DNA from: an uncultured Ignavibacteria bacterium
GTDB lineage: Bacteria; Zixibacteria; MSB-5A5; SM1-73
Length of the DNA: 64,000 nt
Direction: 5' to 3'
Assembly (NCBI GenBank): GCA_964348415.1
Contig: CAYGCR010000009.1
Span: 649-64,648 of the forward strand
Part shown: piece after piece, positions 8,877-19,092 of the stretch
Layout: the number at the start of each line of letters is the position of its first letter
Position numbering within the stretch: position 1 is the first letter of the stretch
Program-made: the position numbers and the translations under genes
The notes under the pieces: generated by a model
Told to the model about the DNA's origin: nothing
The model's database searches: none
The model's input: the letters and a program-made list of their open reading frames with translations, nothing else

Positions 8877-10342
8877 GAAGGTTCGGTTCCACCAGGGGGG
8901 TGCTTGCACTGCTTTCTGTATTGCTTTTTCTTTGCGGCTGCGCGTCAAATCTATCCCAGCAGGACGTGACCAAGGCCATATCGCAGACCGAAGAGGACCA
9001 CGACACTCCGCCGCCGCTGCCTCCCGAGTTAGGCCTGTCTCCCCTGCTCGATCTTCCGCCGGAGAAGGAAAAACTCTTTTCCTTCTCCGCCATAGAGGTC
9101 GCTCTGGAGGATGTGCTGCTTCCTTTATCAAAAGAGGCCGGGCTTAATATCATGTGGGATAAGGATGTTGATCCAAAGGCCCGCCTCAGCGTGAGTTTCG
9201 AAGATCTGACGCTGCTGGAAGCTTTAGAAGCCATATTTGCCCGGACCGAATACATGTATTGCATAAACAGTCCTACACTTCAGGTCAAACTTGTAGATAC
9301 CCGCACGTTTGAGTTAGGGCATGTTCCGACTAAGACCCAATCTCGGATGCAGGTGGGAGGGGACGTGCTGGGATCCATTCCCAATGTGGGAGGGGTGAGC
9401 GGTCAGTTCCAAATCACCGGGTCGACCGACGATGAGGCGCTTGATCTCTGGAAGCAGGTGAAGGAAGGGCTGGAGAACATAGTCTCACCAGAAGGGAAAT
9501 TCTTTGTAAACAAGCTTGCCGGAATGGTGACGGTGACCGACCGAAAGAGAAACCTTAAGCTGGCAGAAGAGTTTATCCAAAAGTTGAGAGCTACTTTGGA
9601 AAGACAGGTGCTGATTGAAGCCGAGGTAGTTGAAGTCACTCTGGAGCAAGCCCAAAGTTGGGGGGTGGATTGGTCGGCGATTCACTCCTTCTTGGTGGAT
9701 AACAAGACCATAGAACTGACAGGTACTCAGACGTTAGGCCTGCCTGGCTCCGTGGTAGAATTGACCGCCTCCCGGCATGATGCTGCCGTTATTCTGGACA
9801 TCCTGGGTCAGTTCGGTGAGGTTCACGTGCTGTCCAAACCCAGAATCAACGTGATGAACGGTCAGACTGCAATGATCAACGTGGGGCGGGTGATAAGCTA
9901 CTGGGAGTTGACCGGACTTTCCGCCGGAGCAGAGGTGGGGCAGCCAATTGTCTTTCCCGAGCAGAAGACGGTGCTTCTGGGCCTGACCATGGGCGTGACC
10001 CCTTATATCTCAGCAGACGGTTACGTTACCCTGCAGGTGGTTCCAATTGTGAGCGATGCCAGCACCTTCTCCGAGTTTCAATTTGAGAGTCAAATGCTCA
10101 AAGCTCCCAACATAGACATCCGCGAGACCAGCACTCAGGTGCGGATAAAAAATGGCGAGACCGTGGTAATCGGCGGTCTTATCACCTCCAGGAAAACGGA
10201 CACAGAACACAAAGTGCCCTTGCTGGGCGATCTCCCCCTGTTGGGCTACTTCTTTAAGCGAAAGGAAAAGACCGAGCAAAGAGCAGAGCTGGTGATCCTT
10301 CTAACTCCCCGAATTGCACGGATGGACAGAGAGGAAGGCTGA
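8873..10342 (+). CDS. type IV pilus / type II secretion secretin (PilQ/MshL/GspD family), lipoprotein
   Basis: Lipobox LLFLCGCASN. Secretin domain VLSKPRINVMNGQTAMINVG ... and C-terminal signature VPLLGDLPLLGYFFKRKEKTEQRAELVILLTPRI. Confidence 0.85.
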   Translation: MRRFGSTRGVLALLSVLLFLCGCASNLSQQDVTKAISQTEEDHDTPPPLPPELGLSPLLDLPPEKEKLFSFSAIEVALEDVLLPLSKEAGLNIMWDKDVDPKARLSVSFEDLTLLEALEAIFARTEYMYCINSPTLQVKLVDTRTFELGHVPTKTQSRMQVGGDVLGSIPNVGGVSGQFQITGSTDDEALDLWKQVKEGLENIVSPEGKFFVNKLAGMVTVTDRKRNLKLAEEFIQKLRATLERQVLIEAEVVEVTLEQAQSWGVDWSAIHSFLVDNKTIELTGTQTLGLPGSVVELTASRHDAAVILDILGQFGEVHVLSKPRINVMNGQTAMINVGRVISYWELTGLSAGAEVGQPIVFPEQKTVLLGLTMGVTPYISADGYVTLQVVPIVSDASTFSEFQFESQMLKAPNIDIRETSTQVRIKNGETVVIGGLITSRKTDTEHKVPLLGDLPLLGYFFKRKEKTEQRAELVILLTPRIARMDREEG

Positions 10343-10343
10343 A

Positions 10344-11312
10344 ATGAGATTGATATTCAAGTCCTCCAGAGACAAAGACGACGTGATTCAATTGCCTTCC
10401 GACCGCAGAGTGGTGTCTTCATTCCCGGACCGGGAAGGAAGGCGGTCTCTTTTGCGGGTTGACCTTCCGGACTCCTATAAGGACTTCTTCAAGTTCAAAG
10501 AATCGCCCTTCTGCATTACGCCTGACCCGAAGTTCTTCTTCTTTTCCCGTTCGGCATCTGAAGGGTTAAACCATCTGCGTTATGGCATCTACGAGGGGTT
10601 GGGGTTCACCATGATAACCGGGGAGCCCGGAACGGGCAAGACCGTCCTTTCGCGATACTTCTCCAGCAAGGCAGGAGACGATTTGCAGATAACGCGAATA
10701 TCCGATCCCCATCTGTCCAACAAAGAGCTTCGGCTGGCAGTTCTCGAAAACCTCGGTGGATCAAGATACCTGCAGGAGGATCTGAGTGAAAGACAATTGA
10801 CCCGACTGCTTCACGACCTTCTTATCTGGGCCAACCGCCAGTCAAAGAGGGTAGTCATATTCTTGGACGAGGCCCAGGGGCTGGGCTTCGAGTTGTTAGA
10901 GGGCCTAAGGCTTCTTTCCAATCTGGAAACGGAGAGCAAGAAACTGACTCAGATTGTTCTTTTCGGTCAGACCGAGTTAGAGGAGATGCTGCGGGAGAAA
11001 AGACTGAGACAGCTTGATCAGCGTATCCTGGTAAGGTATCGTCTGCTTCCGCTGGAGCCAGATGAGATCCAGCCTTATATCCAACATCAACTTGCCGTAG
11101 CCAAGGCGGACAGGTACGTGGAGTTTGCCGACGAAGCAGTCACCAAAATCTACCAGATCTCCAGAGGATTGCCCCGGATGGTGAATGTTCTTTGCGAGCG
11201 TGCCATGATGTCAACCTTCGTTCAGAATAGCAGGAAGATCACGGTACAGAGTGTATTGGAGGGTTGGGAAAGTTTGAATGGGATAGGGATACTGGAAGCA
11301 AGAAATTTTTAA
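10344..11312 (+). CDS. ExeA/GspA/MshM-like AAA+ ATPase
   Basis: Walker A ITGEPGTGKTVLSRYF and Walker B VIFLDEAQ (AAA_22/ExeA family). ATG 10344 with RBS gaggaagg. Adjacent to the secretin as in msh/exeAB systems. Confidence 0.7.
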   Translation: MRLIFKSSRDKDDVIQLPSDRRVVSSFPDREGRRSLLRVDLPDSYKDFFKFKESPFCITPDPKFFFFSRSASEGLNHLRYGIYEGLGFTMITGEPGTGKTVLSRYFSSKAGDDLQITRISDPHLSNKELRLAVLENLGGSRYLQEDLSERQLTRLLHDLLIWANRQSKRVVIFLDEAQGLGFELLEGLRLLSNLETESKKLTQIVLFGQTELEEMLREKRLRQLDQRILVRYRLLPLEPDEIQPYIQHQLAVAKADRYVEFADEAVTKIYQISRGLPRMVNVLCERAMMSTFVQNSRKITVQSVLEGWESLNGIGILEARNF

Positions 11313-11346
11313 GGAGGAACGGACAGCAGCCATTCAGGGGGCAAAG

Positions 11347-12687
11347 GTGGGGCTAATAACAAAAGCCATAGACAAGGTGGACAAGGATCAAAGTCCACCT
11401 GCTCAGGAAGAGACGGCATCTCCACCCAAAAGAAAACGCAAAATTCTGCTGGCAGCTGTGACGCTCCTTTTGGCTGGCACGTGTTTGGGTTTGGGCTATC
11501 TGTTCTTACTTCAACGGACGGCGGAGGTTCCGCCCAGGGTCGCCCGTCGCTCCATGAGCGTCAAAAAGAGCCCGCCGAAGCGCGCGCCAAAACAGGCCGA
11601 GGTGAAGGGGACCGCAGGCCTGAAAGGCCGGGAGATGATAGAGGAGAAGACTGCTTCTGAAGAGACACCGAAGGAAACACTTCCCCAAAAGCACCCAGAC
11701 AAAGAGAGTGCTACAGCCGGAAAGGAGATGAAGCCAGCAGCGCCTGAGGAGGAATCGTCCGGCCGGACCGCTCTCGACCGGACTTCGGGGGTGCAGAGTG
11801 TGCCGGAACCTACGAAATCGTCGATTGAAATCATCCAAGAAGAGCCAGAGCAAGAGCCGGAGATTGCAGAATCCCCGGTTGACAAGCTTGAGGAACCAGA
11901 GGACCCCTCAGCTGCGGAAAAAGAGGAAAACATCCCCGCAGGTGTCGCAGCATCGGACGACATAGAGGAGACTCCCGGCGAGCTGTCTGGTAAAGCGGTT
12001 CCCGCCCTCCCCGAGCAAATCCCTTCGGAAGAAGTGTCTCCGTCATATCTCGAAGAACCAGAAAGGGAGTGGACGCAGAAGCAGCTGGCTGTAACCGAAA
12101 GATCTGACTCCAGAGCGAAAAGATACTACAAGAAGGGAGTATCTTATCACCAACAGGGAGAACTCAATCGAGCTATCGATTCATACAGGGAGGCACTGGT
12201 TTGTGATCCCGATCATCTGCCGGCTCACAAGAATCTGGCTACAGCTTACCTGCAGACAGGTAGGTTTTGGGAAGCCGAGCAGGAGTTGGTCTATCTCTAC
12301 GCGTTAAGGCCAAGGGATCCCAGGACACTTTTCAACTTCGGATTGCTTCTATACCGGATCGGTGAGCACGTTTCGGCTGAGATTAAGCTGAGAAGGCTTT
12401 TGGAGTTGGAGCCCCTTCACTTGGAGGCTAACCTTCTTCTGGGCAGCATCTATGAGAAAAAAGGAGACACAGACCAAGCGCTTGAGTTTTGCATAAGAGC
12501 CTATCAGATCAATTCGGCCGATCCGCGTGTCCTTTATCGGTTAGGAAGAGCCTGGGACATGGCGGGCGAACCGGCAAAGGCGGTAAAATACTACCAGTTA
12601 TTTATCAAAACTCATTCGCCCAAGGAAGACGAACTGGAACCAGCGGTGCGTGATAGATTGAAGTATCTGATCAACAGAAAGGAGTAG
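11347..12687 (+). CDS. membrane-anchored TPR-repeat protein (MshN-like)
   Basis: GTG start. TM LLAAVTLLLAGTCLGLGYLFLL, acidic low-complexity linker, C-terminal TPR repeats (YYKKGVSYHQQGELNRAIDSYREAL...). Position between the ExeA-like and MshE-like genes as in msh operons. Confidence 0.55.
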   Translation: MGLITKAIDKVDKDQSPPAQEETASPPKRKRKILLAAVTLLLAGTCLGLGYLFLLQRTAEVPPRVARRSMSVKKSPPKRAPKQAEVKGTAGLKGREMIEEKTASEETPKETLPQKHPDKESATAGKEMKPAAPEEESSGRTALDRTSGVQSVPEPTKSSIEIIQEEPEQEPEIAESPVDKLEEPEDPSAAEKEENIPAGVAASDDIEETPGELSGKAVPALPEQIPSEEVSPSYLEEPEREWTQKQLAVTERSDSRAKRYYKKGVSYHQQGELNRAIDSYREALVCDPDHLPAHKNLATAYLQTGRFWEAEQELVYLYALRPRDPRTLFNFGLLLYRIGEHVSAEIKLRRLLELEPLHLEANLLLGSIYEKKGDTDQALEFCIRAYQINSADPRVLYRLGRAWDMAGEPAKAVKYYQLFIKTHSPKEDELEPAVRDRLKYLINRKE

Positions 12688-12689
12688 AG

Positions 12690-14333
12690 ATGCCTGAGTC
12701 ATTGGGAGATATGCTACTGGAGAGCGGGAGAATAACCAAGAGCCAGTTTGAATTGGCCCAGATAGAGAAGAACCGCACCGGTGCCAAGTTTGGGGAGATA
12801 TTGGAGAGGCTGGGCTTTGTAAGTCACGAAGAAGTGCTTGAGCTGGTGGGGCAGCAGTGGGAAGCGCCTTACCTGGACTTCTCCCACACGCCGGTGGATC
12901 CCGAAGTAGTCAAGCTGATCCCGGAAGAGATTGCCAGATCGTCAAAGCTGATACCGGTGGAGATAAAAGAGGGGGGTATATTGACGGTTGCCATGGCTAA
13001 TCCCAATGATATCAACGCAATAGACCGGCTGGGGGAGCTCACCAAGCTGACCATTGAGCCCAGAATAGCTGATGAGGATACCATCTTAAGCTACATAGAT
13101 GAGCTCTATGGGATGACCATTTCCCCGGAGAAGGTATTGGAAGAGAGCTTGAACCAAGCATTGAGCCTGGACCAAGTGGAAGAGGAGACTCCTCCTTTGA
13201 TCAGACTGGTCGACTCCTTGATTGCTCGGGGGATAAAGGAAAGGGCCACGGACATTCACGTAGAGGTCGACGAAAGCGTGGGGCGTGTGCGGTACAGGAT
13301 AGACGGCGTGCTTCAGACCGCCTTTATCCTCTCCAAGAAAATCTATCGCCCCGTGGTAAGCAGGATAAAGATCATGGCGAGTCTGGACATAACCGAGAGC
13401 AGGATCCCGCAGGATGGAAGTCTCCGCTTCACCTACAATACTCAGGAGATCGATGTCCGGGTATCCACCATGCCCGTCTTTTACGGTGAGAGCGTGGTCC
13501 TGAGGATACTGCAGAAGCCCAAGTTTCTCATGAGCTTAGCCGACCTCGGCTACTGGGGTGAGAATCTGGAGAGGTTCAAGAAACTGGTGCAGAAGCCCTA
13601 CGGCATGATTGTGATCACCGGTCCCACCGGCTCAGGTAAGTCCACCACTCTTTACGCAGCGCTCACCACCATGAACAGCTTGGAGAAGAACGTAATCACG
13701 CTGGAAGATCCGGTGGAGTATCAGCTTCCCATGAGCAAGCAGTCTCCCATTCACGAGAAGGCGGGGTATACCTTTGCCAAAGGACTGCGCTCCATCCTCC
13801 GTCACGACCCGGATATAATTCTCCTGGGAGAGATGAGGGATGAGGAGACCGCGGAGATGGCGTTTCGAGCATCCATGACCGGTCATTTGGTCTTCACCAC
13901 GCTGCACGCCAATAGCGCGGCTGCCGCTGTGGCGCGCCTTCTGGATATGAATGTGGAGCCTTTTGTGGTATCCACCTCCTTGCTGGCGGTAATAGCTCAG
14001 CGACTGGCTCGAAGGATTTGCGTCAAGTGCAAGGAAAGTTATGCCCCGTCTGACGAGGAGCTCAACTGTTATCCGCAGCTTAGAGGCAGGAAAGACATCA
14101 CTCTCTATCGGGGGAAGGGGTGCGAAAGATGCAAGCATACCGGCTATCGGGGAAGAATAGGAATATTTGAGGTGCTGGAAGCAAACGAAGAGATAAATCA
14201 ACTGATCCTTAACAAAGTCCTTTCCTCCGAGCTGGAAAAGGCCGCCAACATGAAGAGCATGTTAGATGACGGAATAGAGAAGGTATTGAAAGGGATAACC
14301 ACTTTGGACGAAATTCGAAGGGTCATCGGATAA
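12690..14333 (+). CDS. type IV pilus assembly ATPase (GspE/PilB/MshE family) with N-terminal c-di-GMP-binding MshEN-type motifs
   Basis: Walker A GPTGSGKST. Asp/His boxes. Tetra-Cys Zn motif CVKCKE...CERCKH. The N-terminus carries two tandem 24-aa motifs (LGDMLLESGRITKSQFELAQ / KFGEILERLGFVSHEEVLELVGQQ) matching the MshEN c-di-GMP-binding consensus. Confidence 0.9.
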   Translation: MPESLGDMLLESGRITKSQFELAQIEKNRTGAKFGEILERLGFVSHEEVLELVGQQWEAPYLDFSHTPVDPEVVKLIPEEIARSSKLIPVEIKEGGILTVAMANPNDINAIDRLGELTKLTIEPRIADEDTILSYIDELYGMTISPEKVLEESLNQALSLDQVEEETPPLIRLVDSLIARGIKERATDIHVEVDESVGRVRYRIDGVLQTAFILSKKIYRPVVSRIKIMASLDITESRIPQDGSLRFTYNTQEIDVRVSTMPVFYGESVVLRILQKPKFLMSLADLGYWGENLERFKKLVQKPYGMIVITGPTGSGKSTTLYAALTTMNSLEKNVITLEDPVEYQLPMSKQSPIHEKAGYTFAKGLRSILRHDPDIILLGEMRDEETAEMAFRASMTGHLVFTTLHANSAAAAVARLLDMNVEPFVVSTSLLAVIAQRLARRICVKCKESYAPSDEELNCYPQLRGRKDITLYRGKGCERCKHTGYRGRIGIFEVLEANEEINQLILNKVLSSELEKAANMKSMLDDGIEKVLKGITTLDEIRRVIG

Positions 14334-15532
14334 TGCCCCAGTACAGCTATCAGGCAGTAGACAGCAAGAACAAACGGGTAAGGGGTGTTCTTCCCGCCTC
14401 AGGTCTGGAGGATGCAGAAGCTCAACTGCGGGAGATGGGCCTCTACCCCATCTCGGTGCAGACCAAGGCCGTGCGCCAGAGTCGTGGCTTCGGGTCCCGA
14501 AGGATCAACACAAAAGACGTCCTCTCCTTCACCATTCAGCTCCATCTGATGTTTACTGCAGGGCTGCCTCTTTTAAAAGCTCTGGAGAACATTGCTGAAC
14601 AGGAGAAAAACCCCGCATTCCAGGAAGTGATCACAGACGTGTGTAAGAAGATAGAAACCACAGGTAGTTTCTCTGAAGCCATTGCCGCTCACCCCAAGGT
14701 ATTTCCTCCCTTTTATCTGGGGGCAATAAGAGCGGGCGAATCCGGAGGTACTCTTCCCGAGATCCTGGAAGAGCTGGCCGGCTCTCTGGAAAAGCAGGAT
14801 GAACTGCAGGCGGAACTCAAACAGGCTTTGATGTATCCTGTCATGATCATGTGCGTGATGTCGGCGGTCACGGGCTTTTATGCCTTTTATCTAATGCCCA
14901 AGATGATGCAATTGGTCGAGGAACTGGGGGCCCCCATTCCCTTTTATACCAGAGCCATACAGTTTATCATCAACAGCATTATGGGCCTGTGGTTGCCCAT
15001 TATAGTTCTCTTCATCCTGGGGATCGTCGGCTTCCTCGCGTACCGAAAGACCGAAGGTGGAGCTTACACCTTAAGCTACCTGAAGATGAAGTTTCCTCTC
15101 TTTGGGTTGGTTATTCAGAAGAGCGTTCTGTGTACCTTCTCCCATTATCTGTCACTTCTGCTCCGCTCCGGCTTTGGGCTGCTTCCCTCTCTGGATCTGG
15201 TCAAGGGAACCATCGGAAATAAGAGTATTGTGAGATCTATAGAGATCATTGAAGAAAGGATTAAACGAGGTGAGTCCTTTGCTGACTCCATGAAGGGTCT
15301 GCCATTCCCCGGCTTCATGATCACCATGATTGCACTGGGGGAACAGACCGGCAAGGTGGCAGAACAGCTGGCCATGATTAACGCATACTTCGAGAAAGAC
15401 GTGCAGAGAACCACCAAGAAGGTGCTAACGGTGATGGAACCCCTGATCCTGGTCACATTCGGCGGAATTTCGGCTGTAATACTCCTCTCCACATTCTTCC
15501 CACTTTATAATGCCATGGGGCAGGTGAAATAA
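14333..15532 (+). CDS. type IV pilus / T2SS inner-membrane platform protein (GspF/PilC/MshG family)
   Basis: Two T2SSF repeats, 3 TM segments, ATGA overlap with the upstream ATPase gene. Confidence 0.9.
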   Translation: MPQYSYQAVDSKNKRVRGVLPASGLEDAEAQLREMGLYPISVQTKAVRQSRGFGSRRINTKDVLSFTIQLHLMFTAGLPLLKALENIAEQEKNPAFQEVITDVCKKIETTGSFSEAIAAHPKVFPPFYLGAIRAGESGGTLPEILEELAGSLEKQDELQAELKQALMYPVMIMCVMSAVTGFYAFYLMPKMMQLVEELGAPIPFYTRAIQFIINSIMGLWLPIIVLFILGIVGFLAYRKTEGGAYTLSYLKMKFPLFGLVIQKSVLCTFSHYLSLLLRSGFGLLPSLDLVKGTIGNKSIVRSIEIIEERIKRGESFADSMKGLPFPGFMITMIALGEQTGKVAEQLAMINAYFEKDVQRTTKKVLTVMEPLILVTFGGISAVILLSTFFPLYNAMGQVK

Positions 15533-15686
15533 GGATCCCTTTTAGGTTTACCTGCCCGCCGAACCTTAGAGGTCTTATCTGCCCTGATTAAGATTCGCAC
15601 AAAACTCGCGATGAAATGTTTCTCGCTTTTGGACGGATTAGATTAAGCAGAGACAGGTAGTCGCGGTGGCGGAGGGGGCTGCAGTC

Positions 15687-16004
15687 TTAGACTTCGGTTC
15701 GGGGTTGAACCTTCTCCGGATCGGCTATATCTCCCAGCTGACGTGGCACGTCAGGACTCTCTTTTGCCTCTCCGTTTATGAGATAATGTCTTAAACACCT
15801 TACCATCAGAAAGACAGAGAAGCCCACAGCCGCACCCGCCAAGAAAGCTCCAAAGGTAAACTTCCCCAGCCACACCAGCCAGACGATTAGTGTAAGCGTC
15901 AAGCAAACTGCAACAACTCTCAGCACGCGGGCAAAGACCAGACGGATAAAAGCGCTAAATCCTAAATGTCCTTTTACCAATCCTTCCAGTATCTCTTGTC
16001 TCAC
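15687..16004 (-). CDS. hypothetical small membrane protein
   Basis: 105-aa ORF with 2 predicted TM helices. 4-nt overlap with the upstream 78-aa ORF suggests a two-gene operon. No recognisable family. Confidence 0.35.
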   Translation of the reverse strand: MRQEILEGLVKGHLGFSAFIRLVFARVLRVVAVCLTLTLIVWLVWLGKFTFGAFLAGAAVGFSVFLMVRCLRHYLINGEAKESPDVPRQLGDIADPEKVQPRTEV

Positions 16005-16237
16005 GGTCTTCCTCTCGTTTCAGCGGACACATATTCGCAAAGATCGAAGATCATGTAGGCGGCATAGAAAAACATGACTACGATGTATGAGTGAATGGAA
16101 AATATTTTGGCCACTCCGCTTTCCGGACCGACAGAGAATCTAATCCCCAGGAGGAGCAGACTTAAACCCGCCCAGGAGACCAGCATCACCAGAGTGTTCA
16201 GCACGAAAATCAAGAGCAATTTTTTTATCGTGTCCAT
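16001..16237 (-). CDS. hypothetical small membrane protein
   Basis: 78-aa ORF with two hydrophobic helices, translationally coupled to the downstream ORF. Confidence 0.3.
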   Translation of the reverse strand: MDTIKKLLLIFVLNTLVMLVSWAGLSLLLLGIRFSVGPESGVAKIFSIHSYIVVMFFYAAYMIFDLCEYVSAETRGRP

Positions 16238-16589
16238 GTCGATCTATTTGGTTCAGAGGCCTTGCGGCGATTCCAAAAGACTTACTCTTAATCTTTCTTC
16301 CTTGCTCAAAGATACGCCCTGTAAACAGAACAGTTACACAGAAAAAAGATAGAAAAGAAACACAGCGACCCAGCCTAGCCGGAGGTCGAGTTCCTGATAC
16401 TGCCGGGAATCGCGGTTAATCTTTCTTGCCACCAGAGCAATTGTGTCTCTGCTTACAGTATCGGCCTGCGATAACGCGTTGGCAAGCCAAATCGCAAGTT
16501 TTTTGGTAAACTAGCAAAGTTAACCGTGGAGGGGAAATAAGAATGCAAATAGGTATGCTATCCAGAAGGATGCTGAAACGTTTATTTAG

Positions 16590-16663
16590 TGGGCCCAGCA
16601 GGACTCGAACCTGCGACCCACTGATTATGAGTCAGTTGCTCTAACCAACTGAGCTATGGGCCC
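16590..16663 (-). tRNA. tRNA with CAT anticodon (Met elongator or Ile2-lysidine type)
   Basis: Reverse complement GGGCCCATAGCTCAGTTGGTTAGAGCAACTGACTCATAATCAGTGGGTCGCAGGTTCGAGTCCTGCTGGGCCCA. Anticodon loop CTCATAA. Resembles ileX-type tRNAs. Confidence 0.85.
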
Positions 16664-16867
16664 TGCATGAGAACCAATTATATATTACGTCACAAACTTC
16701 TTCAAGTCAACATTTTTTTCTGTAAGGTATTTCGGAGGAGAACCACCACTTCCTTGCTTGCCCTTCAGTTTTGTTGTAGAAAAATTTTTTCGGATTTACA
16801 TCCTTTTGTTATCAACGCAAACAGATTTTAGTTGACAAATCCTGAGTTGAAATTCATATTGAAAAAT

Positions 16868-18718
16868 ATGAAGAAGCGGAAAACAAAACCTACCTTAGAC
16901 AAAGTCGAGGAGAGCGTCCAAACCCTCAGACTGAGTGGCTCGAGGAATCTCAAGTCCATCTTCAGAGAACTTTCCAGTCTCAAAGAGAGTTTTCTTAACC
17001 TCAGTTCCGCAAGTCCTGTCGACAAATCGAAAGAGGTAATTGAGGCAGCCTCATCATCTCTGGACAACATTGAGAGGAAAGCTTCCACCCTGGAGAACTC
17101 TCTTAGCGACAACATCCAGAGGCTCAACTCCGAATATGAGCGACGTAAATCCGAGTCCAAGGAGTTGGAAGACGAAAGAAGAACCTTCAAAACCTTGTAT
17201 GAGCTTTCCGACATCATCTATTCTGAAAGGGATGTGAATGCGCTGTTGGAAGAGGTGGTGGATTCGATAATAGAGATTACCTCCTGTGAGCGCTGCTTCC
17301 TGAAAATATTTGATGAGGGCAAAAACGTAAAGCTTTCTATTGCCAAGGACACCGACAAAAAGGAAATCGACGAAGACAGCGAGAACATAAACGAGAAGAT
17401 AACCGAAGCGGCAGCGGAGAGTGGCAATGGAATATGTATTACTCAACTCTTAGCTTCAGAAGTCGATGAAGAAAAAGAAGGTGGTCCTTTTGAGACGATC
17501 TCCATATTGTGCGTCCCCTTGAAGTCGAAGGACAAGGTTCTGGGCATCATCTACCTGGATGACGCCAAGACCGACTCTTACTTCACCCCGGACGATGCTC
17601 TGCTTTTGACGTCGTTGGGTGAGAGAGTGGGAGTAGCTTTGGAGAATAATTTCCTTTTCACCGAACTCAAAGAATCTCAGGAGAAGCTTCTGCAGGACCT
17701 GCGGGGAAGATTCAACTTCGATGAGATTTTGGGAAACAGCCCTCAGATGGTAGAGGTCTTAAAAACTGTAGCGGACGTGGCGGATACCGATGCTACTGTC
17801 TTGATTGAAGGCGAATCTGGAACCGGCAAAGAGCTTTTGGCCCGGGCAATCCACTTCAACAGCGGTCGTTCCAAAAAGCCGTTTGTTCCCATCAACTGTG
17901 CTGCCATCCCCGAGACCCTTCTGGAAAGCGAGCTTTTCGGATACGAAAAAGGCGCCTTCACCGGAGCGGAGCAGAGAAAGCAGGGGAAGTTTGAGAAAGC
18001 AAACGGTGGAACCATCTTCTTGGATGAGATCGGCGAGATGAGCCCGCTTTTGCAGGTGAAGATCTTGAGATTTCTCCAGTCGCGCCAGTTCGAGCCGTTA
18101 GGTTCTAACAGAATAAAAAAGTCCGATGTCCGCATCATCGCCGCCACCAACAAAGACCTTCTCTCACAGGTCAAGGAAAATGAATTCAGAGAGGATTTGT
18201 TTTATCGAATAAACGTGATCAACATAAAGCTTCCACCTTTGAGGGAAAGAAAGTTGGACATCGCACCCTTGGCAGAGTCTTTCGCCATCAAGTTCGGGAA
18301 GAAGAACGGAAAGAAGATCAAGGGGGTTGATCCCGAAGCTTTGAATGTCCTGAGTCGTTATAGTTTTCCCGGCAATATAAGGGAGCTGGAGAATATTATC
18401 GAAAGATCCGTGATCTTAGCACAGAACGACTGGATCACCAGAGAGGATCTTCCCAAAACCCTGTTCGAGGAGAATGATTTCGACTACAAGATCAAAATCC
18501 CTCAGAATTACGGTGAGCTGAAGGCTCTAAAAAAGAAAGCCATCGAGGAGATAGAGAAATCTTTCTTGAATCACATACTGACAATGAGCAACAACGTTGT
18601 CTCCAAAGCTGCAGAAGAAGCCAGAATGCACCGGGTGGAGCTGCACCGATTGATCAACAAATACAAAGAAGATTTCAAAGAATCGAGAAAAGCTAAATCC
18701 GAAGTTTCCCACCAGTAA
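16868..18718 (+). CDS. sigma54-dependent transcriptional activator (NtrC-family EBP) with N-terminal coiled-coil and GAF sensor domain
   Basis: AAA+ sigma54-interaction domain with GESGTGKE Walker A and GAFTGA motif ([10 protein letters not shown]). C-terminal Fis-type HTH. GAF-like region at about aa 130-270. First ATG at 16868 (the ORF track uses TTG at 16832). Confidence 0.9.
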   Translation: MKKRKTKPTLDKVEESVQTLRLSGSRNLKSIFRELSSLKESFLNLSSASPVDKSKEVIEAASSSLDNIERKASTLENSLSDNIQRLNSEYERRKSESKELEDERRTFKTLYELSDIIYSERDVNALLEEVVDSIIEITSCERCFLKIFDEGKNVKLSIAKDTDKKEIDEDSENINEKITEAAAESGNGICITQLLASEVDEEKEGGPFETISILCVPLKSKDKVLGIIYLDDAKTDSYFTPDDALLLTSLGERVGVALENNFLFTELKESQEKLLQDLRGRFNFDEILGNSPQMVEVLKTVADVADTDATVLIEGESGTGKELLARAIHFNSGRSKKPFVPINCAAIPETLLESELFGYEKGAFTGAEQRKQGKFEKANGGTIFLDEIGEMSPLLQVKILRFLQSRQFEPLGSNRIKKSDVRIIAATNKDLLSQVKENEFREDLFYRINVINIKLPPLRERKLDIAPLAESFAIKFGKKNGKKIKGVDPEALNVLSRYSFPGNIRELENIIERSVILAQNDWITREDLPKTLFEENDFDYKIKIPQNYGELKALKKKAIEEIEKSFLNHILTMSNNVVSKAAEEARMHRVELHRLINKYKEDFKESRKAKSEVSHQ

Positions 18719-18843
18719 ACCATCTAATTCCTGTTCTGTCGGATCTCGCCCGCTCTGGCGGGCGTGACCCAACAGCCGATTAATTCCGAGTCAGGTCACT
18801 CTTGCGGCAAGACATAAGCAAGACCTGAAACAACCTCCGTATC

Positions 18844-18950
18844 GTCATCGCGGGAAGTCCCGTCAGAGGCGGGACGAGGGGGCGATCTGTGTCCAAATGA
18901 ACGATAGGCTGTCAAGGGATTGCCACGCTCGCTGCGGGCTGGTCTTACGC
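18844..18950 (+). repeat. about 105-bp repeat element, copy A (upstream of flavin reductase gene), contains conserved hairpin
   Basis: gtcatcgcgggaagtcccgtcagaggcgggacgagggggcgatctg... aligns at about 75-80% identity with 19690-19795. Hairpin gtcccg/cgggac. Confidence 0.6.
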
Positions 18951-19092
18951 GTTTTTTCGAGTCTTGTCCTACGCGTGTGATCTAACATAGTGGTCCATCA
19001 CTATTCCCAGAAAATACTCTGCCCCGTGCAACCGAGCTTTGCTCTTCTCCGTTACTTAACTTAGAGACATCCAACCTCTAAAAGGAGGAATA

